Origin: an uncultured Nitrososphaerales archaeon
GTDB lineage: Archaea > Thermoproteota > Nitrososphaeria > Nitrososphaerales > Nitrososphaeraceae
Length of the DNA stretch: 64,000 nt
Direction: 5' to 3'
NCBI GenBank assembly: GCA_963709405.1
Contig: CAVPXM010000021.1
Coordinates: forward strand, 32,001 to 96,000
The translations under genes and the position numbers were made by a program. The notes beneath the pieces are model-generated. The model was not told the origin of the DNA, did not search any database, and was given only the letters and a program-made list of their open reading frames with translations. This document shows positions 10,610-20,457 of this stretch, one piece after another. Numbering within the stretch: position 1 is the stretch's first letter; each line of letters starts with the position of its first letter.

Positions 10610-13138
10610 TTGGCTTTCCGTCATTATACGGGAGATGACGAAAAAACCTCGACGTCTGAACATCCTCAACAGCATCATCTAGTCCGTACACTGGGTTTGG
10701 TCGATGTTATAATGATCGGCATAGCGGGCATGATTGGTGGAGCAATTTTTGTCTTAGTCGGCCCTGCAATAGGATTAGCGGGAAGCGCAGTAATTATAGC
10801 ATTCATTATCAATGGAATTATTACGCTTTTTACTGCCATGGGCTATGCCGAGTTGGGTTCTGCCATGCCAGAAGCAGGTGGGGGGTACCTGTGGGTTAGA
10901 GAGGGATTACCGAGACCGAACGCTTTTATAAGTGGATGGATGGCATGGTTTGCTCATATTGTCGCGGGCAGCTTATATGCAGTAGGATATGCTTCATTTC
11001 AGTATAACTTGCTAAAAATGTTGGGCATAGTCGGTAATGAGCCACTTTTTGGCATTATTCCTGTGGACAAGCTTATTGCTATCTTAGCAATTGCTGCATT
11101 TACTTACGTTAATATCAAAGGAGTTTCCGAGGCAGGAAAAGCTGGAATAATAATTACTATAATCCAACTCGGAACTATTTTTGCCCTAATAGGTGCAGGC
11201 ATATTAACTATGAATAGCAATCCTGATTGGTATAGTAATCTTACAACCAATTTTGCACCTAACGGCATCGGGGGCATAGTAGCCGCGATGGGTTTAACAT
11301 TTATTGCATTTGAAGGATATGAAATTATCGTCCAAACAGGCGAAGAAGTGAAAAATCCGAAAAAAAATATCCCAAGGGCAATATTCATTTCATTGACTCT
11401 TGTAGTATTGCTATATTGTTTAGTTGCATTTGTGTCTGTCGGGGCGATATTTCACAAGAATATTGGTAATTCTATTACTCCATGGCAGTTCATAGGTCGA
11501 AATGGAGATCTAGGAATAATGAAGGCTGCACAACTCTTCTTACCATATGGTTCTTTTATCATTCTCGCAGGAGGCATTGTATCAAGCCTAGCAGCTTTGA
11601 ACGCAACCACATACTCATCTTCTAGAGTTGCATTCGCGATGGGTAGACATTATAATCTTCCCCATCAGCTCAGCACAATTCATAGTAAATTCAAGACACC
11701 CTACATAGCCACGATAATCTCGGGAGTAATAATGGCCGTTGTGGCTTATTCTCTTCCCCTTACACAAATAGCAGTCGCTTCGGGTGTTATTTTTTTACTA
11801 CTCTTTACTCAGGTAAATATTTCAGTCATCACGATTAGAAAGATGTATGGAGATAAGCTAAATTATGGTTTTAAGACTCCATTCTTTCCAGTAATACCGA
11901 TTATAGGGGTTTTTCTAAAATTAGGGCTTGCCATTTATCTGTTAGTCACACAGCCGATAAGTTGGGTGATAAGTCTATTGTGGATAGCGGTAGGCTTTTT
12001 CTTATACCGAATATACACGTTTAGAAGAGAAATAGAACATTATGCACCGCTGATTACAAGTGAGGGAGACCTTACTAGAAAGGATTTTCGGATTCTGATT
12101 CCTTACACTCCGGAGAATCCTGACAGACTGATAAAATATGCCATAAGGGTTGCAAAGGAGAACGGTGGAGAAATCAACGTCCTGAGAATTATTACCGTCC
12201 CAAATCAGACGCCACTTTCCGCTGGAGTTGCATTTACAGAGTCAGCAAGAAGGGCTTTCGAACCCTTGGAAATAATGATAGAAAGGGAAAATATTCTAAA
12301 CCATTATCTCGTAAGAATCTCTCATGACACTACGGAGGCGATATTAGCAACGATTGAGGAACAAAGAATCGATCTGATGATAACAGATTTTGAAACCTAT
12401 CGTAACAACAAAGCTCTTCAAACACTCGTAACCTGCAATGTACTGGCCATTTTGACTGGCGGGACTAGCGATGAAGACCTTGTACTAGAGGAACCTCATA
12501 CGATAGAACCATCGCTAGCTGGTCAACAACCTGGATTGCGAGAAAGTGAAGACAACCTAGGTGGCGTCACTTCCACAATCAGTAAGAAAAACATGGTAGT
12601 CTTGTATGATAGCGAAAACCATTCAGACATAGTATTGAAAACCGCTAGTTGGCTTGAGCATTCAGGTAAATTCAAAGTGAGCGTGCTATCTGTAGAAAAA
12701 CGAGAGGATGGATATAATAATAATCACGAGAAAACCAGTAGGAAGAACCAGAATTATCACGAAGCACAATATGGGGAAATTCGAGAAGAACCAGAAAGTA
12801 GGAAGGACGAGATAGAGGATCTTTTGACCGAACGAGATCAACACAGACAGTATCTCGAGCAGATTGGAGTTGAGTTCAATGAAATTTATTTATCGAAAAA
12901 GACAGAGAGTAATAGTCAACAATTTGCTAAATTGCTTCTATCTGCAATTAATGCTTCTCAAGCAGATTTACTCGTGACAGGCGCTAATATTGGCAAATAC
13001 AATCTATTTAACAATCAACATTTTATTTCAATGCTAGACAAGCTTAACTGCCCAACGATTATAGCGAAAAGCTTTTCCATTCCAGGTGTGAGCCGTATCA
13101 GATCCCTTATTATGAGAATATTTCATAGGCAAATCTGA
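10610..13138 (+). CDS. APC-family amino acid permease fused to C-terminal Usp-like domains
   Basis: GMIGGAIF, YAELGSAMPEAGGGY, FIAFEGYE and EEVKNPKKNIP, with about 12 TM segments. The soluble tail (RILIP...LIKYAIRVAK...DLMI; DLLVTG...LNCPTII) is Usp-like. Confidence 0.9.
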   Translation: MAFRHYTGDDEKTSTSEHPQQHHLVRTLGLVDVIMIGIAGMIGGAIFVLVGPAIGLAGSAVIIAFIINGIITLFTAMGYAELGSAMPEAGGGYLWVREGLPRPNAFISGWMAWFAHIVAGSLYAVGYASFQYNLLKMLGIVGNEPLFGIIPVDKLIAILAIAAFTYVNIKGVSEAGKAGIIITIIQLGTIFALIGAGILTMNSNPDWYSNLTTNFAPNGIGGIVAAMGLTFIAFEGYEIIVQTGEEVKNPKKNIPRAIFISLTLVVLLYCLVAFVSVGAIFHKNIGNSITPWQFIGRNGDLGIMKAAQLFLPYGSFIILAGGIVSSLAALNATTYSSSRVAFAMGRHYNLPHQLSTIHSKFKTPYIATIISGVIMAVVAYSLPLTQIAVASGVIFLLLFTQVNISVITIRKMYGDKLNYGFKTPFFPVIPIIGVFLKLGLAIYLLVTQPISWVISLLWIAVGFFLYRIYTFRREIEHYAPLITSEGDLTRKDFRILIPYTPENPDRLIKYAIRVAKENGGEINVLRIITVPNQTPLSAGVAFTESARRAFEPLEIMIERENILNHYLVRISHDTTEAILATIEEQRIDLMITDFETYRNNKALQTLVTCNVLAILTGGTSDEDLVLEEPHTIEPSLAGQQPGLRESEDNLGGVTSTISKKNMVVLYDSENHSDIVLKTASWLEHSGKFKVSVLSVEKREDGYNNNHEKTSRKNQNYHEAQYGEIREEPESRKDEIEDLLTERDQHRQYLEQIGVEFNEIYLSKKTESNSQQFAKLLLSAINASQADLLVTGANIGKYNLFNNQHFISMLDKLNCPTIIAKSFSIPGVSRIRSLIMRIFHRQI

Positions 13139-13872
13139 ATTGTAACTAGTCCTTTTCAGACAAACTACTGAAATAATACCTCTTTAGCTATGGGTCAGAA
13201 AATTCTACATGGTCATATTGACACTTAAAGAATATCATGATAGTATTGTCCGGTGCGAACATCTGACGGGCATATAATGCTTCGTTATATCAAATTAAAG
13301 GCTTATCAAGATCAAAGTACCGGCTTAACCAATTCTAGAGCATGATGGAGATGGTAAAGGGTGCCTGACAGGGTGTCAGAAGCTCACATCTATAAGACTG
13401 ATAACATTAAAGCTCTTAGGCAACTTTTCTTGAACTCACTATCATATTCCAAAAATATATCTAGCAAGAGTGAGACGGCACTTTACTAATAAGATCGATC
13501 ACTCTCATTTTTGGTAGTATCTCATATTTAGCTTAACAACAAAAATGCACTGACTGCTGATATACTACTAATCATCTATCAGTTCAAGATCTAACAAATG
13601 TGCTGACCAAACTTCAATATAGAAACTCACCAGATATTCCATATCTTCTTGTCTTAGTTTTCTTTCTGCTTTTTATGTGCATCGATTGATCAATGTCTTA
13701 ATCATTTAGTTTCACCCATAATCTAATTCTAATGAATCTTGATAGATGACGCTAGATAGCAAGGTGGCTGCCGAATTAGAATGATAACTTCGGCACAACG
13801 AAAATGCAAGCATTCATACCGTAAGAATCTTTTCAAAGATAGTTTCATATGAATATAATGTTCCATCCGGTA

Positions 13873-14546
13873 GCTTTGTTACCTTAAGCGTTTATTGCTC
13901 CCTTGCTATGCACGTTTACGAAAAGGGTCAACCATATTGTACATGTTTAGTCTACAATTCTCTTTTCTACAATGGAAATAGTCGTCAAAACTCTCGGTTC
14001 TATTCTTGATATACTGCATTGTTCTTTCAATAAGACTTTTCTCAATTGTGGAATGTATGTGATGCTTTAATCTCAAGAATCTGCAAGCTTGTGGATACTA
14101 CATATCACAATCTGTAGATATCGAATGCTTACCATATCCTTTTATCAATGATGAAATAAAACGCTCTGCAATGAACATATTTCCTTCTTTTGATACACTA
14201 ATTCCAAGAATTTCCTTGGATTCAGACTCTATTGCAATCCAAATCCACATGTAATTAGAACCATTCTTTTTTTATCGTGGTTGCATCAATGATAAATTCC
14301 GGTGTCCTTTTCTCTTTCGCTTGATTCTTTTAGGTCTGCACTTTTGAATCCATTTACAGATGGATACATTACTCCTTTTGACGAATCGAGATAATGACCT
14401 TTGACGTATTCCTATATGATAAACCTAGAAAGTACAAGTACAATCCATAGTCAACATACTTTGAATCTGTCCTATCTCTTTTAACAATCATGTTAAAGAG
14501 ATAGGACTTCATCTTCAGCTATAGGATTTTCTTTAAGTTAAGACAG
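13873..14546 (-). mobile_element. degenerate IS6-family element (transposase pseudogene)
   Basis: The minus strand from ATG 14491 gives YGLYLYFLGLSYRNTSK...WIQK...FIID...WIWIAIE...STD...YPQACRFLRLKHHIHS..EKSLIERTMQYIKNRTESFDDYF, with stops and frameshifts. Ends are approximate. Confidence 0.88.
14469..14507. repeat. 17-bp inverted repeat (1-nt bulge, 4-nt loop) over the IS6 transposase start codon
   Basis: GTCCTATCTCTTTTAACA atca TGTTAAAGAGATAGGAC. Confidence 0.85.
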
Positions 14547-14939
14547 CTCATCCGGCACCTTATAGCCAGTATGACCAGAAAGCATTCATACATTCAATTC
14601 TGGACACAGGGATCTTGGCAAGCTTGGAAAAATAGATAATAGGCATAATGGGTTGATGCAAACATGATCGTTTCAAATCAAGTCAGTCCCTCATCCTTTA
14701 TTGGAATGATATATCGGGAATGCTTTCTAATGCCAAGATTCAAACAGGTAACGGAAAACTTGATGCCCTAGATGTAAGGATAAGTGAGAGCATTGTCTGT
14801 TGTGGATCAGTCACGATATAATCTAAAGGGATTAAACTCGTGGAGTTCATGGGGCCTTCGTATCGTCCTGCGTCAAGCTGTCGCCAAATCAGGAAGGACC
14901 TCATCATCAAGCCAATACCACAGATTTCGTATGCACTAG

Positions 14940-15287
14940 TTACAAATGCTTTTCGTTCCAATGCCTTACAAATGTGTTAGCATTCTTTTCTATCCCGGAA
15001 TATGAATGAATCATAAAGTAATTCATGAATCTCACACATAATTTGTTACATTCCCCACATGTATTCAAGTATGAAGAAGAGTAGCCATAGGCCTCGCCCA
15101 CTATGCATTTTGAGGAGTTTCTAATTTCAACGTACCATCTAAACCACTTAATCGACAGTGGAAACGGCAGATTTTTACTTTCTTGCAGCCGACAATGCCA
15201 TCTAGGAGATAATTCCCGTAGGGTTCTATTTCTATCCATAGCACGATGGAGGTCCAACAGAGCACAACGTTTCTGTTTTTCTAGCAT
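14940..15287 (-). CDS. hypothetical protein (Cys/Trp-containing, Nitrososphaeraceae-type)
   Basis: 115-aa ORF with LSPRW, KCIVGEAYGYSSSY, CGEC and FVRHWNEKH. TATA-like sequence ~25 nt upstream. Family recognised from memory only. Confidence 0.6.
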   Translation of the reverse strand: MLEKQKRCALLDLHRAMDRNRTLRELSPRWHCRLQESKNLPFPLSIKWFRWYVEIRNSSKCIVGEAYGYSSSYLNTCGECNKLCVRFMNYFMIHSYSGIEKNANTFVRHWNEKHL

Positions 15288-15871
15288 TCTAGACTACCAC
15301 ATAGTAATATATACATCAAAATTTAAGAACATATCTGATATGTAGACGTTCGAAGTAATCTGATTATCGTACTATTCAAATGATGCACCTTTTTCGACTA
15401 TATGCGACGATCAGATGTAGCACAAATGCAAAAAATTCTGCACTCGCACTGCGCACTTCGCCACTCTGGGCTCAATAAGTTTTGTAGGGCGGAAGTTAGA
15501 AGGACTAGTTCATCAATGCTTGCTTATTACAGCATTGCTAAAATGAGCAGAGATGGACGTGCCCTTTACCGACATAATGATTATTTGATCAATCAATCTA
15601 AGTTTGATAATCCTTTGTAAGTGACTTTACATTTTTGAATGCAGATCCAGTAGACTGGTGGCTATCGTGTTTTTCACTCATTCATGTACCTTTGATTTTG
15701 TCACATTACCGACTCTCGATAACTAGTCGAAATCCATACTTTGTTATCACTTACTCCTAATCCACTCGGGTGACAAAGAGACGAACCTACGAAAGTAATA
15801 CTAAATATGCATATGGCCATTTATTGTTATTTTTAAAGCCTAATCAGCTGACCAGTAATTAAGTTAAAGAA

Positions 15872-16252
15872 CTACGAACCCATCATTCCTGGTATCTTAA
15901 TTGGAGTCCTATATGACCTAGTGATCTTCAATCCATGATCAGCAATGACAGTCACTGACTTTAAAGACGAACTAGATGGAGGGGAGAGCATTATTTTTTC
16001 TCCTGGAGATAGTGGGTTGATCTTCTCCGTGGAGTTATTGTCGTATATAACAGTAATGTTACTCAGAGGTAATCTTCCGGTATTTGTAAGCGTCACCCTT
16101 GCCGTATTAAAGAGGTTCTGATTATCTTTAATCGGATCTACATCTAGTGAAAAATTTTTGGTTGCTATTGAGAATACAGATATTAACAGCATCACTGAGA
16201 TAATGGCAATCGCTGCGCTTAAGCAGACATAAACGATCACCTTCATGTTCAT
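15872..16252 (-). CDS. membrane-anchored/exported protein with Ig/CARDB-like motif
   Basis: N-terminal hydrophobic helix, then VTLTNTGRLPLSNITV...LSPGEK. Confidence 0.7.
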   Translation of the reverse strand: MNMKVIVYVCLSAAIAIISVMLLISVFSIATKNFSLDVDPIKDNQNLFNTARVTLTNTGRLPLSNITVIYDNNSTEKINPLSPGEKIMLSPPSSSSLKSVTVIADHGLKITRSYRTPIKIPGMMGS

Positions 16253-17116
16253 GTTAGTTCAATTGTGGTATACCAAAAAAGCATATTTAGGTTTAATTGT
16301 GAATTAGTGAATGGGGCATTTCATCATCATACGTTGATAAAGGACACTCAAGGTAAATTATGTATAAAATCAACGATACAGAATGAGATTCATCATATTT
16401 TTTATTGAATAGGATTCTATGGTTAGCCTCACTATGAATCCTATCTGGCTTAAGACTATGCTATATAGAGGTCCTTGAGGGATATACTCTAAGTTAGGTG
16501 ACGAAACACTGATCACTTGCTATTTGCAAGGCAATCCCTAGTCAAAATTCATGAGCAAAAGGGCTAAATAGAATGGAATCTGATACCTTTTTATTGAAGA
16601 TAACATAAACAAAGCAAGACAAATTAAGATACATGCTGAAGTTAAACCTATCACAATAAAGTTAGCTTGTAGGAAATGCAAACGTGACGGGGCGTTATTA
16701 TTTAAGACTAATGATTTGAATATTATTCCGAATTCAGTATTATGGATATGTTCGATCTGCAATGAACAAAATTTTGATGAATTAATTTTTTCGCCAGAGC
16801 GTTAGAACTTCATCCATCACCACGTTTACTGGCTAATGAATACTCGATAGGTCTATATATCGTAATTTGCATAAGGAATGAGGGATGAGGTAATATTCGC
16901 TGCTCCAATCCGAGTGAAAACTATGAGGACCTCGCGACGAACCGACCTTTTATGTAATTATTTAAATAATCGTGCGATTTTTGATGTGTTCATTGATTAT
17001 TTTTCAGAATATGTTGATTAGTTAATTCACTACTGTTCGATGGGTAAAGATTCATTTGAATTAGTATCCTGCTAAAAATGAGCATATTTTAATATACAAA
17101 GTCCGTCATTTAATGC

Positions 17117-17998
17117 ATGCAAATAATTTATGATTATCCACTGTACAGGCCTCCGTCTGAGGCAGATTCTGTGATATTTCAAGTTACACTGGGTTGTTCT
17201 TATAACAAGTGTTCTTTCTGCAATATGTATAGGACAAAGCGCTATGTGGAGAGATCTCTGGATGAATTGAAGCCAGAAATAGACCTCATTGCTAATGAGC
17301 AGCCAGGAGCCAGCCGTATTTTTTTGGCAGACGGAGACGCACTTAACCTTCAAACTAATACCTTGCAAGAAATCTTGGAATATTTATATACGAAATTCAA
17401 AAACCTTGAAAGAGTTTCATGCTATGCGATGCCCAAGAATTTATTACAGAAAAAAGATACTGAATTACAGTTGCTCAAGAATTCAGGCTTAACTATGCTC
17501 TATGTTGGTATCGAGAGTGGTAATGATTTTGTATTGAGGAAGGTAACAAAGGGCGCCACTCAAAGAGGCATAGTTCAAAGTTGTGAGAAAGCGAAGCAGC
17601 ATGGTTTTACTCTATCATGCATGATAATTTTGGGACTTGGCGGTAAGACATATTCTCATCAACATATAATCGATACAGCAAGAATTGTAAGTGAGATTTC
17701 TCCTGATTATTTGGCTGCTTTAGCTTTACATTTAGAAGATGGCATTTATGACGAATTCATGAATAAGTATTCGGAAAAATTTTACCCGTTAGACGATTTG
17801 AGTATTCTGGAAGAATTGGATTCTCTAATAAGAGAACTCACTCCGAAACATCCTATATTATTCCGAGCAAATCATGCATCTAACGTGTATTCCATTGGTG
17901 GCATTATTCCTCAAGATAGAGACAAGCTTTTAAGCTTAATCAATGACCTGAAATGTCATCCAGAAATGTTAAGGGATAAGAATTTGAGAAGATTTTGA
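17117..17998 (+). CDS. radical SAM protein
   Basis: YRPPSEA, CSYNKCSFC (CxxxCxxC), FLADGDAL, YVGIESG, FRANHASN. Confidence 0.92.
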   Translation: MQIIYDYPLYRPPSEADSVIFQVTLGCSYNKCSFCNMYRTKRYVERSLDELKPEIDLIANEQPGASRIFLADGDALNLQTNTLQEILEYLYTKFKNLERVSCYAMPKNLLQKKDTELQLLKNSGLTMLYVGIESGNDFVLRKVTKGATQRGIVQSCEKAKQHGFTLSCMIILGLGGKTYSHQHIIDTARIVSEISPDYLAALALHLEDGIYDEFMNKYSEKFYPLDDLSILEELDSLIRELTPKHPILFRANHASNVYSIGGIIPQDRDKLLSLINDLKCHPEMLRDKNLRRF

Positions 17999-18284
17999 TT
18001 TTCCAAAAAATTGATATACCTCTTCCAAGTATACCTCCTAAATATTAGTACCGATAGCAATGTTTCGAATGTAACTTAAATATTGGCTTAATTTTCTTTA
18101 ATGATTATCGATAAATCGAGAATGGAGTAAGTAAACCCAGTGAATGCGCTCGATCACACTGAACGTGCGATAGAACTAAAGTAATTCGACCGACAATCAA
18201 CAAAGAATATCGCAAATTCACTGGTCTGATTAGATAACAGTGTAGAGAAAAAGAAATTTAGGCGAGAGATTCAGTTTTTATACA

Positions 18285-18569
18285 TTACCAATGGTGTTTC
18301 TCATCTGGAATTAACCCAATCTGTTCACGTTCAAAGTATCTTTCGAGTTCTTGAGTCCATTTTTCCTTTGCAGCACCACCACCAAGACCCTTTCTCCTTA
18401 ACCAAAATGCAATAACACTCAGCAAAAATACTGCGAACAGCATTACTCCGAAGATGTAGACCATTACATCATAGAATAGTGGGTCGTATGCAGGTCCAAT
18501 CTGCTTCATCAAGCTCTCGAATGCATAGCTTACCATTGTTACAATGCCTAGGATAGCGCTCATTATCAT
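18285..18569 (-). CDS. small membrane protein, candidate AMO accessory subunit (AmoY-like)
   Basis: 94 aa from ATG 18569 with TATATA 23-28 nt upstream. One clear TM helix (VMVYIFGVMLFAVFLLSVIAFWLRRK). The AmoY identity is inferred from context only. Confidence 0.6.
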   Translation of the reverse strand: MIMSAILGIVTMVSYAFESLMKQIGPAYDPLFYDVMVYIFGVMLFAVFLLSVIAFWLRRKGLGGGAAKEKWTQELERYFEREQIGLIPDEKHHW

Positions 18570-18617
18570 ATAGAGCAAATAAGGTCTTCGATATATACAT
18601 TTTGGTTGTTTCCAATG

Positions 18618-19350
18618 CTGGATTAAATTAAGGCTCCTCTCCACCTCTTATCAAGAACTTGATAATGTTTATTTTAGATTGTGATTTTGATAAATTATAT
18701 AAGAATATGAACAATATCTGCCATTGGTAAACATGAATTAGATTACAATCAACTAATTTCTTCCTAAACGGATAATAGTCATCAAAACCTCCGGTTCTAC
18801 CCTTACCTATTCCATACCCCTTCTCAATAATCCTTTTTTCAAATGGAGAATGGAATATATGCTTTAGTCTTAAGCACTTGCAAGCTTCACGATACCCGTC
18901 ACACGCCATCTGAATATGCACTATGTTTACCATAAAGCTTAATCAACGATTTCAGAAATGATTCAGCAACTAGTATATTCCTGTGCCTTGAAACATAAAC
19001 TCCAAGAATTATGTGTCGAATTGGTTCTATTGCAACCCAAAGCCATGCATGAGTATAGACGTTCTGAACCATTGCTTCGTCTATGATAGATATGCAGTTA
19101 TCCTACTACTCTTCTTTTTATCTAGAAAAACAACCTTTGGATTGAATTACTGTATCCAATACCATATTGCGACATAGCTTATGTCTACGAATGGTTCCAA
19201 TGCCCTTGAAGTATCTCTCAGACTTAAGCCAAGAAAATACAAATACAATGCATATCGGATAAGAAATGGTCTAGTTCTAATACGTTCAAACATTATCATA
19301 TTATTCTTAATCTGATCAAGCTTTAGCAATTACCATTCTTAACTTAACAG
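18618..19350 (-). mobile_element. degenerate IS6-family element with internal deletion
   Basis: ORF pieces YALYLYFLGLSLRDTSRALEPF..ISYVAIWYWIQ, WLWVAIEP and ACKCLRLKHIFHS..EKRIIE...RTGGFDDYYP. Terminal sequences CTTAACTTAACAG (19338-19350) and a degenerate CTGGATTAAATTAAG (~18618). Confidence 0.88.
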
Positions 19351-19585
19351 CAGCGTTTTCAATCACGAACCGGCTTGTTTGCAATCCGAATTATTATTCA
19401 AGGCCTTCTTAGTGGCATTTAGGGCCAGCTTAACAACTCCGCCGGAGTACCGAGACGCATTTCAATTATTATAACAGATCGAGTTAGCTGACCAAACAAT
19501 CTATCCTGTACACTCAACATTGATTTAATTATAAAATAGGGGTTATATATTAAAAATTATAAAACATAAAAAAAGATTATTTACG

Positions 19586-19898
19586 TCACCTCGTCACTTC
19601 TCTTTTTTTGCTCCTGCCCATAATAAAGAATGCCCCAGCAACCCCGCCAAATATCACCGCGAGAATGATGATGAATAATACAGTTTCGTTGATGTTAGTT
19701 CCAAGCATAGGTGTCCCTGATCCATAAGCTCCAGCAGATTTGGCGTTGCTTATTTTTTCCCGTGCTAATTTTAACTGTTCCTCGATATTACCTCCAGTTC
19801 CGAATACTGAGCTTTAGCTATCTCAATCGATGGTAAAGCAAACACAGAAATCGCCAGTGCTCCGCGACTGCAACAGCCACTATAGTATGCTTGTTCAT
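19586..19898 (-). CDS. exported single-pass membrane protein, candidate AmoZ-like; two 1-nt deletions (~19862, ~19800-19809)
   Basis: Restoring 2 nt gives 104 aa: MNKHTIVAVAVAGALAISVFALPSIEIAKAQY(S)GTGGNIEEQLKLAREKISNAKSAGAYGSGTPMLGTNINETVLFIIILAVIFGGVAGAFFIMGRSKKREVTR. It has a signal peptide (AKA|Q), a C-terminal TM, an upstream TTAAATA box and a downstream T-tract. Confidence 0.65.
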
Positions 19899-19998
19899 AC
19901 AATATATTACGACATGATTCAATTATTTAACTTTTGTGCACACGGAAAACAGACAAATTTGAGTAACATTTAAGAGATACGTCCAGCCCTGAACAATC

Positions 19999-20448
19999 AT
20001 GGCGAGAATGCATGCACATACTCGTGGTAAGTCTCATAGTGTTCGCCCAGTTTCTATCAATATACCTAATTGGCTAACGCAAGATTATGCTCAGGTATCG
20101 TCTCTAATTCTTCAATTATCAAGAGAAGGGCTAACGCCAAGTGAAATTGGCGTTTGCCTGCGCGATCAACATGCCATACCCTTGGCAAAACCAATCGTAG
20201 GCAAGTCTATTACTAATGTGCTGAGTGAGAGCGGAATAACACGGGATATGCCCGAAGATTTAGATCAGTTGGTGAAGAAAGCCTTGGGACTTCAAAGACA
20301 CCTGAGGTCTCATAATACCGATCATAGAAATGTTCGCTCATTGGAATTGATTGAGTCAAAAATACATCGTCTTTCTAGATACTATAAGGAAAAAGGAAAG
20401 CTTCAAAAAAATTGGAAGTATGCGACTGTTATAGCACAGCTAGAATAA
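19999..20448 (+). CDS. rps15: 30S ribosomal protein S15 (uS15)
   Basis: MARMHAHTRGKSHSVRP, PSEIGVCLRD, LELIESKIHRLSRYYK. Confidence 0.97.
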   Translation: MARMHAHTRGKSHSVRPVSINIPNWLTQDYAQVSSLILQLSREGLTPSEIGVCLRDQHAIPLAKPIVGKSITNVLSESGITRDMPEDLDQLVKKALGLQRHLRSHNTDHRNVRSLELIESKIHRLSRYYKEKGKLQKNWKYATVIAQLE

Positions 20449-20457
20449 AATGTTGGT

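Noticed and set aside
13140-13870. Possible ncRNA or small genes in this long intergenic gap
   Set aside because: No recognisable structure or convincing ORF.
15402-16762. ORFs 15402..15620 and 16538..16762
   Set aside because: Short, with no motifs and no supporting context.
18570-18644. N-terminal part of ORF 18285..18644
   Set aside because: It runs through the TATA box and into the IS6 end; ATG 18569 fits better.
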